Below, in pieces: positions 27,419-35,036 of a stretch of DNA of 39,297 nucleotides. The notes under the pieces were generated by a model that worked only from the letters and a program-made list of their open reading frames with translations, searched no databases and was not told where the DNA came from. The stretch is from an uncultured Clostridium sp. (GTDB lineage: Bacteria; Bacillota; Clostridia; Christensenellales; CAG-138), in contig CAYPXV010000003.1 in assembly GCA_964414925.1 (NCBI GenBank), positions 1-39,297 of the forward strand, given 5' to 3'. The position numbers and the translations under genes were made by a program. Numbering within the stretch: position 1 is the stretch's first letter; each line of letters starts with the position of its first letter.

Positions 27419-28408
27419 ATGAATAAAAAAATTATTCTCAGTGGGATTCAGCCCAGCGGCACTCCGACTCTCGGAAACTATATCGGTGCATTGCGTAACT
27501 GGTATTTGATGCAAAAAGAAGATAACTATTGTTTCTATTGCGTTGCAAACATGCATGCGCTTACAGTTCGTCAAGATTCGAACGAACTTCGTGAGCGATC
27601 AATGAGCATGGCTGCTCTGCTTATTGCCTGTGGCATCGATCAAAAATTGTCACCTCTTTTTATCCAGAGCGATGTTGTTCAACATGCTCAACTTAACTGG
27701 GTTCTGGCTTGTAACGCTTATATGGGCGAACTCAACAGAATGACCCAGTTTAAAGATAAAAGTGCTAAACATTCTGACAATATTAATGCAGGCTTATACA
27801 CTTACCCTGTCCTTATGGCAGGCGATATCCTGCTGTATCAATCGGATCTTGTACCAGTCGGAAATGACCAGAAACAACATGTCGAGCTTGCCAGAAATAT
27901 TGCCGTAAGATTTAACAATGCGTATGGTGAAACTTTCAAAATTCCCGAACCCTTCATACCCAAAGTCGGCGGACGTGTTATGAGCCTTACCGATCCGGAG
28001 AAGAAGATGAGTAAGTCCGACTCGAATCCGAACTCATATATCTCTATTCTCGATGAACCGTCGGTAATTATGAAGAAGTTTAAGAGAGCGGTTACGGACA
28101 GTGAAGGTTATATCTCCTATGAAGAAGGACGTTACGGCATTAATAATCTTTTGTCAATTTACAGCGCAATTACTTCTAAGTCAATAGAGGAGTCCGTTGC
28201 GGAATTTGAAGGCTGTGGATACGGAAAGCTTAAGACATCCGTTGCCGAAGCAGTTATAAATGAACTTGAACCCGTTCAACAGGCTTATAAGAATATCCTG
28301 TCCGATAGGGGTACACTTGAAAACATCCTGCGTGACGGTGCCGAACGTGCGTCGGAGGTCGCCGAAAGAACAATCGACTCTGTCTATCGCAAGGTTGGAC
28401 TTCGATAA
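27419..28408 (+). CDS. trpS: Tryptophan--tRNA ligase
   Basis: Class I motifs: SGIQPSGTPTLGNYIGA (HIGH-region equivalent) and KMSKS. The GNDQKQHVEL motif is typical of TrpRS. Confidence 0.95.
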   Translation: MNKKIILSGIQPSGTPTLGNYIGALRNWYLMQKEDNYCFYCVANMHALTVRQDSNELRERSMSMAALLIACGIDQKLSPLFIQSDVVQHAQLNWVLACNAYMGELNRMTQFKDKSAKHSDNINAGLYTYPVLMAGDILLYQSDLVPVGNDQKQHVELARNIAVRFNNAYGETFKIPEPFIPKVGGRVMSLTDPEKKMSKSDSNPNSYISILDEPSVIMKKFKRAVTDSEGYISYEEGRYGINNLLSIYSAITSKSIEESVAEFEGCGYGKLKTSVAEAVINELEPVQQAYKNILSDRGTLENILRDGAERASEVAERTIDSVYRKVGLR

Positions 28409-28432
28409 TAATTTTAAGGGGGAAACTTTAGA

Positions 28433-29659
28433 ATGAACAATATGCTTTCTGAATATGCACGTTTATTGGTGGAAGTAGGTTTGAACGTTCAAAAAGGACA
28501 GTACGTACTTATTAATTCGCCGATTTCGTGTGCTGATTTTACAAGACGTTGTGTTGATGCCGCCTATGCCGCAGGTGCTTGCGATGTGTTGGTAAACTGG
28601 GGTGATGATTATGTTTCGCGTCAGCATTGGCTGAATGCGGATGATTCCGTTTTTGACAATGTCTTTTCGTGGGACGTTGATAAAAACCTCGGTTATGCGA
28701 AATTAGGTGCTGCAAGGCTGTCAATTTCGGCATCGGATCCCGAAAATTTAAAGGGTGTCGATCCGTCAAGGATGGAACGTGCTTCCAAAGCCTCGGGCGA
28801 AGCTAATAAGGAATTCCATGAAATGATGATGACCAGTGCTTTCCCTTGGTGCGTTGCAAGTATCCCGGTTCCGTCGTGGGCAAAGAAGGTCTTTCCCGAA
28901 TTGCCTGAGGATGAGGCAATGGAAAAACTCTGGGAAAGTATTTTCAGTGCGGTTAGAATTACTCCTCAGGGCGGTGCCGTAGAGCGTTGGAGAGAGCATT
29001 GTGACTATTTAAAGCAGAAGAGAGAAGCTTTAAATAACTTTAATTTTAAATTCTTGCATTATACCAATTCAATCGGTACGGATTTGATGATTGAATTACC
29101 CGAGAACCATATCTGGATGGCAGGTTCGGAATACAGCAAGAACGGTATTGAATTTGTAGCCAATATGCCCACGGAAGAAGTTTTTACCGCCCCTAAACTC
29201 GATGGCGTAAACGGAAAAGTTGTTGCATCAATGCCACTGGTCGAAGGCGGTAATATCATTAATAATTTTTACATGATTATTAAAGACGGTGTTATCGTTG
29301 AAGTTCATGCGGAACAGGGTGAGGAGTATTTAAAACAGGCGATCGCATTGGACGAAGGTGCATCACGTCTCGGTGAAGTTGCATTAGTTCCGTTTGATTC
29401 TCCGATTTCAAACAGCGGAATCCTGTTTTATAATACCTTGTTTGATGAAAACGCATCGTGCCACCTTGCTTTCGGTGCTGCTTATCCTTGTGTAAAAAAC
29501 GGTGAGAACATGACTGCCGAGGAATTGACTGCCGCCGGTCTTAACAATAGCATTCAACATTGCGATTTTATGATCGGTACGTCGGACCTTTCCATAGTAG
29601 GTATCACGCATGACGGTAGGGAAGTACCGGTATTTGTTGACGGAAATTTCGCAATTTAA
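28433..29659 (+). CDS. M29 family aminopeptidase (AmpS/PepS-like)
   Basis: The N-terminus LSEYARLLVEVGLNVQKGQ and the length (408 aa) match thermophilic-type M29 aminopeptidases. The conserved C-terminal part includes HLAFGAAYP. Confidence 0.85.
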   Translation: MNNMLSEYARLLVEVGLNVQKGQYVLINSPISCADFTRRCVDAAYAAGACDVLVNWGDDYVSRQHWLNADDSVFDNVFSWDVDKNLGYAKLGAARLSISASDPENLKGVDPSRMERASKASGEANKEFHEMMMTSAFPWCVASIPVPSWAKKVFPELPEDEAMEKLWESIFSAVRITPQGGAVERWREHCDYLKQKREALNNFNFKFLHYTNSIGTDLMIELPENHIWMAGSEYSKNGIEFVANMPTEEVFTAPKLDGVNGKVVASMPLVEGGNIINNFYMIIKDGVIVEVHAEQGEEYLKQAIALDEGASRLGEVALVPFDSPISNSGILFYNTLFDENASCHLAFGAAYPCVKNGENMTAEELTAAGLNNSIQHCDFMIGTSDLSIVGITHDGREVPVFVDGNFAI

Positions 29660-29678
29660 TTGAACATAGGTAAAGCAT

Positions 29679-30326
29679 ATGAAGAAGAAATACACGATTA
29701 TAATTAAAATTGCAATCTATATCGTTGTTATTCTTCTTTGTATGGTTCTTTATTTCAAGTACGGCTTGATAGAAAACGAGCAAGTTGACGGTAATTCTCC
29801 CGAACTGACTGTCGTACCCACGACTTCGCCACAACCATATCCGTGCCGATATGAGATTGTTGAAAATATAATTAACGAGGGTATTCAGATAAGTACCGAT
29901 GTTTATTATTTTAACAAAGATGAATCATATTATGATTACAAATTTGAATACGGCACCGATTCTGTTTATGAAGGCACAGTGAGGATAACCGTTAATAAAT
30001 TTGACTGTATCCTTTGCTCCGAGCTTCAGCTTAAAAATTTATCAAAAGTTCCCGATGCAATAGGGGAACGGGAATTGTTGGAATTGGAAAGCTTAAAGCG
30101 GGATAAGGAAAATATCGAGCTTATGCGTAAATTCGTTCTTGCATGTACTAAACTTTTGAATAAAGATGAAGTTATTCCGGTGACTATCCTGAATAAGATA
30201 ATCGACAGAGTTCAATCCGCCTATCTTGAAGAAAAAGAACTGAGCTTTACCGAGTATGGCGTTCGTTATAGATTAATTTGCGATGAATCCGAATTGTATT
30301 CAAATTATTATTTATTGGTAAATTAA
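29679..30326 (+). CDS. Hypothetical membrane-anchored protein (single N-terminal TM)
   Basis: N-terminal TM IIIKIAIYIVVILLCMVLYF followed by an extracytoplasmic domain of about 185 aa. I recognise no motif. It ends 10 nt upstream of the Spo0A-like gene. Confidence 0.55.
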   Translation: MKKKYTIIIKIAIYIVVILLCMVLYFKYGLIENEQVDGNSPELTVVPTTSPQPYPCRYEIVENIINEGIQISTDVYYFNKDESYYDYKFEYGTDSVYEGTVRITVNKFDCILCSELQLKNLSKVPDAIGERELLELESLKRDKENIELMRKFVLACTKLLNKDEVIPVTILNKIIDRVQSAYLEEKELSFTEYGVRYRLICDESELYSNYYLLVN

Positions 30327-30336
30327 GAGTAAGCTT

Positions 30337-31263
30337 ATGTCGTATAAATCGAGAAGAGATGAATTTTATCCGAATGAATTTGACTATGTGAAACTGATGA
30401 CACTGTTTACAGTTCCGCTTATTGTAACTTCTCCTTTGCATATAAGGAATGGTCGGGAATTTGGTGACGAGATGTTTAAAGCATTGTCGGAACAGTTTGT
30501 CAGAACTCAACCGCCTTTGAGAGATAAAAACAGCTTTTTGCATATGCTTTTCAATTGCATCCCCGGAATTATCCTTATCGAGAATAATTTTGATGGGATT
30601 GATATGATTGAATGTATAAAAGCTTTAAAAACAGGCGAAGTTTGTAAAAATACCGAGTTCTACATTGTTGCCAGGCGAACCAATAAAACCCTCGAAGCAA
30701 AGTGCAAAGAAAGTCCTTATGTCAGAGGTGTAATTTATGCGAGCGCACCAATCAAAGAATCGGTCAACAGAATCGCTAAAGAATATCGCGAAATGCTCAA
30801 TGAGCGTGTAAGGTTGAATAAGACACTCGATAATCTTCCGGATCAAAGATCACCGTACCTGGTGTTCATGGATTCCGAAAAAGAAGGTAAATTATTCAGT
30901 GGAAACTTGATTAATGACTTGCTTAGACCGTTGGGCTTTGACAAAAAGCAAGTCGGAACGCAGTATACTTGCACCATGATTGCTTTGGGTCTTTTGGGCT
31001 GTGCATCTTCGATGAATGAGATGTATGAATACATCGCTCTTATCGAATGTACCACTCCTCAAATTGTTGAGAAAACTATAAGGTATTCTATCGAACAAGC
31101 ATGGACTCGTCCGACATCCGCTATGCAGATGGTTGTTTTCGGCAATACCATCGATCCGGAAAAGGGTAAGCCCACCAATGCCGAGTTCTTATCGACAGTA
31201 GTGCAGCATATACGCACACATAACTACAACAATATGTTGGTTTGCGGCGATATGGACGATTAA
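30337..31263 (+). CDS. Spo0A C-terminal (Spo0A_C) DNA-binding domain protein with a degenerate receiver-like N-terminus
   Basis: The C-terminal about 110 aa align with B. subtilis Spo0A. EKTIRYSIEQAWTRP matches ERAIRHAIEVAWSRG, and EKGKPTNAEFLSTVVQHIR matches TKAKPTNSEFIAMVADKLR. The N-terminal half is only receiver-like (PGIILIENNFDG vs PDVLVLDIIMPHLDG). Confidence 0.75.
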   Translation: MSYKSRRDEFYPNEFDYVKLMTLFTVPLIVTSPLHIRNGREFGDEMFKALSEQFVRTQPPLRDKNSFLHMLFNCIPGIILIENNFDGIDMIECIKALKTGEVCKNTEFYIVARRTNKTLEAKCKESPYVRGVIYASAPIKESVNRIAKEYREMLNERVRLNKTLDNLPDQRSPYLVFMDSEKEGKLFSGNLINDLLRPLGFDKKQVGTQYTCTMIALGLLGCASSMNEMYEYIALIECTTPQIVEKTIRYSIEQAWTRPTSAMQMVVFGNTIDPEKGKPTNAEFLSTVVQHIRTHNYNNMLVCGDMDD

Positions 31264-31278
31264 ATTAATTTAAAATTA

Positions 31279-31312
31279 ACATCCGGGGCGTCTATGCGCT
31301 CCGGATGTTTTG
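31279..31312. terminator. Shared hairpin terminator between the convergent Spo0A-like gene and pfk
   Basis: A 12-bp stem: ACATCCGGGGCG (31279-31290) pairs with CGCTCCGGATGT (31297-31308, one G-U), followed by TTTT. There is an AT-rich run on the other side. Confidence 0.75.
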
Positions 31313-31324
31313 GTAATTTGTTTA

Positions 31325-32386
31325 TTATTTAAAGTAAAGAGATGCAGCCTCATAGAAATCTTTATCGACTTCCTTGCGTACGGTAACGGCGGTTTCCAAA
31401 TCGGCAGCAATGATTTTTGTTCCGGATTGAGCTACCATCTTACCGTATTCGCCTTTGGCAACCAGCTCTCCTGCTTTTATTCCAAGACGAGTACCGAGAA
31501 CTCTGTCAAATGCACAAGGCGAACCACCACGCTGAATATGACCTAAGACTACGGGTCTGCACTCAAAATATTGAGCATCACTGCCGAGCAGAGGATCGTT
31601 TTTCATGGTATTCTCAATCATATCGGATAGGTTCTTTGCCAAATTTTTATGAATGAGAAGCTTGTTTCCGAAGGGATCTGTTCCGATGTCTATTTCATCA
31701 CTGCCGAGCAGTTCGAAACCTTCCGCTACAACAATTATGGTGTGGCGATCTCCCCTTAAATATCTCCTGCGTATGAGTGAGATTATCTCATCATAACTTT
31801 TGGGAAACTCCGGTATCAACACAAGATGTGCATTGGCGGCAAGTCCCGCTTGCAATGCAATCCATCCGGTATGTCTGCCCATACATTCAACGACGATACA
31901 TCTTGAATGTGCCTTTGCTGTCGTTTGAAGACGGTCTATCGCCTCCATTGCTATGTTTGCGGCTGTTTCAAAACCGAAAGTATAATCGGTGCAGCTTAAA
32001 TCGTTATCTATGGTTTTAGGCACGCCGATTACGTTTATACCGAGTTTTCTAAGTGTATTCGCTACACCAAGTGTATCGTCGCCGCCTATTGCAACAAGTC
32101 CTTCCAGGTCAAGTGCTTCAAGAACGTCACGAATTGTTGAAGGTCCGTTCGGATCTGCCATGACATTAGTACGTGAGCTTCCTATTATCGTTCCGCCAAG
32201 GGTCTGTATTCCTTCAACTTCGGAAAGAGTAAGCCAGTGTCCTCTTGCATTTAACGCACCGCGCCAACCATCGTTAAATCCGAAAACTTCTATGCCGTAT
32301 TCCGCACATTTTTCAACTACGCCTCGTATAACTGCGTTCAATCCGGGACAGTCTCCGCCGCCGGTTAAGATACCTATTTTTCTCAT
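31325..32386 (-). CDS. pfk: 6-phosphofructokinase (PfkA family; phosphoryl-donor residues of the PPi/mixed type)
   Basis: Starts MRKIGILTGGGDCPGLNAVIRGVV after a GGAG RBS. Motifs IGGDDTLGVA, GVPKTIDNDL and MGRHTGW are present. Confidence 0.9.
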   Translation of the reverse strand: MRKIGILTGGGDCPGLNAVIRGVVEKCAEYGIEVFGFNDGWRGALNARGHWLTLSEVEGIQTLGGTIIGSSRTNVMADPNGPSTIRDVLEALDLEGLVAIGGDDTLGVANTLRKLGINVIGVPKTIDNDLSCTDYTFGFETAANIAMEAIDRLQTTAKAHSRCIVVECMGRHTGWIALQAGLAANAHLVLIPEFPKSYDEIISLIRRRYLRGDRHTIIVVAEGFELLGSDEIDIGTDPFGNKLLIHKNLAKNLSDMIENTMKNDPLLGSDAQYFECRPVVLGHIQRGGSPCAFDRVLGTRLGIKAGELVAKGEYGKMVAQSGTKIIAADLETAVTVRKEVDKDFYEAASLYFK

Positions 32387-32412
32387 GTCGTCTCCTATCA
32401 TTTTTTAATTAC

Positions 32413-33084
32413 TTATATCAATCCATGCGTATGCACGAGCTCAAACACCTTGGAAGATATTTCCTCGGGTGTAAGCATAACTCCTTCATTAGTGCAAGAT
32501 ACAATTTCGATATTATCGTATTTTGCCGCAACTTCAATGTACTTCTCTTTTGAACGTCTTTGAATGGATGTGCTGCTTTCATATACATCCTTGCCCATAC
32601 CTACATAGTCCCTAAATCCCTTTTTTCCGACATTTAAGTTTGCACAACCAAGTTCAACATCGAATACTAACGTAAGGTCGGGTTTCGGTAGATTCAATTT
32701 CTCATACTCAAGCTCAAACACCCAGTCAACGATATCGGGTTTATCTATATCAACATCTCGAATACTTTGGTACACGGCATTACTGAGTACGTAGCGATTG
32801 ATAATCATAAAATCATATTCTCCGTCGGTGAATTGTTTTAAATCATCGAATCTGTCCATGGCAAACCAAAGTGCCATGCTTTTTTGGTCAACATCCGTTG
32901 CATTTAATCCGGTTTCGCCCGAAAGCAATTCACCTATCCTCGTGCCGAAGAAGGAACCATAGGCAGGATAGGAACGCTTTGTAACCGTGTATCCGCTTGC
33001 AACGAGTTTCTTTTCGAGCAAATCAAACTGTACGGTTTTACCGCTTCCGTCTATGCCTTCAATGGCAATCACTTTAGTTTTCAT
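32413..33084 (-). CDS. Thymidylate kinase family protein (type I/eukaryote-archaea-like Tmk)
   Basis: P-loop IEGIDGSGKT, plus ALWFAMDRFD and INRYVLSNAVYQ, which resemble the LLFSANRWE and DRYAFSG regions of type I dTMP kinases. It overlaps the hflX stop by 11 nt. Confidence 0.65.
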   Translation of the reverse strand: MKTKVIAIEGIDGSGKTVQFDLLEKKLVASGYTVTKRSYPAYGSFFGTRIGELLSGETGLNATDVDQKSMALWFAMDRFDDLKQFTDGEYDFMIINRYVLSNAVYQSIRDVDIDKPDIVDWVFELEYEKLNLPKPDLTLVFDVELGCANLNVGKKGFRDYVGMGKDVYESSTSIQRRSKEKYIEVAAKYDNIEIVSCTNEGVMLTPEEISSKVFELVHTHGLI

Positions 33085-34903
33085 TTTTCACATTTACTCC
33101 CAACATCTTTTCAAGCTGCCCTATATCGGCTTCGTCCATCAGAGAAGAAACTTTTGTACCGATATCAAGGTGTTCTTCACTTAGAATTACCCCACGTTCA
33201 CGTATAAAAGAAATTGCTTCATACCTGGAATAGGGGATTGTTACTTCTATTTTTTGACGAGAATGATTAAGTTTATTCTCGATTAACCGCAATAAATCCT
33301 CGATACCGTCGGTTTCTTTGGCAGAAATCAATATGCTCTCGGAAGATTCACTTCCAAGCGATTTGCATTTATTTTTGAATACGGCAGATTCGTCCTCCGA
33401 GAGAAGATCCGATTTGTTATAAACAAGTATTTGCGGAATATCAGATGCATGAAGCGAACAAAGCACATCGTTTACAACCTCGATTTGCTTATCGTAAAAC
33501 GGACACGATGCATCGATGATGTGTAGTATAAGATCGGCTTCGGAAACTTCCTCAAGGGTAGATTTAAATGCAGATACTAAATCATGCGGAAGTTTATTTA
33601 TAAAACCAACCGTATCGGAAATAAGAGCCTGAGTGCCTCCGATTAGGGTGATTTGTCTCACGACCGGATCAAGTGTGGCAAAAAGCTTGTCCGCCGCATA
33701 AACATCCGAATCCGTCAGTCTGTTTAATAATGTTGATTTTCCCGCATTGGTGTATCCGACCAGTGTTACCAGCGGAATACGATTTGTTTTTCTGTTCCCT
33801 CGTCTTAGCCCTCTTTGTTTTTCTATTTCGGAAAGCTCGGTTTCGAGCTCGAATATTCTGCGGCGTATGCGTCGCCTGTCAATTTCAAGTTTCTTTTCAC
33901 CGGGACCTCGTGTTCCGATGCCGCCTCCAAGTCTTGACAGAGATACACCTTGTCCCAGTAATCGGGGTAGCATGTAACGCATTTGCGCAAGCTCTACCTG
34001 AAGTTTACCTTCACGACTTGTGGCTCTTTCGGCAAAAATGTCTAAAATCAGGGTTGTCCTGTCTATAACTTTCGTTCCGAGTGTTTGTTCCAGTGAACGA
34101 AGTTGAATTGCGGAAAGTTCATCGTCAAAGATGAATAAACTTGCCTCAAGCTCACTGCCTTTTAAACTAAGCTCCTCGGCTTTTCCACTTCCTATATATG
34201 TCGCATTGTCAATCGGACGTTTGCGAACACATATCCTGTCAAGCACAGTCGCCCCCGCTGTTTTCGAAAGCTCGGCAAGCTCCTGTAGCGTGTCGTATCC
34301 TTCATCGTTTTCCATGCCGACAAGTATTGCTTTTTCAACAGTGTCGTCATTTACAACTTTAGTGCTGCTTCTGAATCTGTCGTCCGAAGTATAAATTTCG
34401 GCGATGAGGGCTTTTTGCGGCAGCTTCAGGGGACGCAAAGGTCCGTAAACAAGTACGTCATATTTGTCTGCACTTTCGTTGGCATCACCTAAAAATGCAC
34501 AGTATAACTGTGTCGGCTTACCTTCCCAAACGCCCAACGCAGCCATAGCATCAAGTTTCGATGAACGCAGGGTGCCAAGGTCAACACCGGACAATCGTCC
34601 GTCACCGTTCGGATGGGTGTGTATACATCTTACACCGCAAAGCCTATCTTCATTTCTAACTAAGCGCATAGTCGGCATATTAACCTTTGATGTATCTCCT
34701 ATGGAAACATCAACTATATCTCCGTCTCTTGCAATGTAGACGGAAATTTCACGATTGATTTTGCACGAATATTCGGCAAGGGCACAGATAAGTTCATTGG
34801 ACGCGAACTCATCCGAATTTATTTTCAGCTCGTAGATTGAGTTTATTTGCTCGAGTATTGTAGACTTTATGCCGACGGTATTTCCGTTAATTTTATTAGC
34901 CAT
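33074..34903 (-). CDS. hflX: GTPase HflX with an N-terminal JAB/MPN-like extension
   Basis: HflX N-domain, helical linker and G domain (G1 GYTNAGKST, G3 DTVGF, G4 NKSD) occupy residues ~190-609. Residues 1-185 are extra and contain HTHPNGDGRLSGVD. Confidence 0.88.
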   Translation of the reverse strand: MANKINGNTVGIKSTILEQINSIYELKINSDEFASNELICALAEYSCKINREISVYIARDGDIVDVSIGDTSKVNMPTMRLVRNEDRLCGVRCIHTHPNGDGRLSGVDLGTLRSSKLDAMAALGVWEGKPTQLYCAFLGDANESADKYDVLVYGPLRPLKLPQKALIAEIYTSDDRFRSSTKVVNDDTVEKAILVGMENDEGYDTLQELAELSKTAGATVLDRICVRKRPIDNATYIGSGKAEELSLKGSELEASLFIFDDELSAIQLRSLEQTLGTKVIDRTTLILDIFAERATSREGKLQVELAQMRYMLPRLLGQGVSLSRLGGGIGTRGPGEKKLEIDRRRIRRRIFELETELSEIEKQRGLRRGNRKTNRIPLVTLVGYTNAGKSTLLNRLTDSDVYAADKLFATLDPVVRQITLIGGTQALISDTVGFINKLPHDLVSAFKSTLEEVSEADLILHIIDASCPFYDKQIEVVNDVLCSLHASDIPQILVYNKSDLLSEDESAVFKNKCKSLGSESSESILISAKETDGIEDLLRLIENKLNHSRQKIEVTIPYSRYEAISFIRERGVILSEEHLDIGTKVSSLMDEADIGQLEKMLGVNVKNEN

Positions 34904-35007
34904 GTCATTCCTTTCTTGTCATATGACAGATAATTTAATTTTTTATTGAATCAATAATAAAGATCATGGCTGATTTTCCTCCTTTGGTATTTGTACGATG
35001 CTTAAAC

Positions 35008-35036
35008 ATTATAACCTATTTTCTACTCATTTTCAA
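35008..35036 (-). promoter_or_regulatory. Candidate hflX promoter (TTGAAA-17-TATAAT on the minus strand), overlapping the 3' end of the symporter gene
   Basis: Hexamers read from the reverse complement. It predicts a leader of about 100 nt. Confidence 0.45.
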
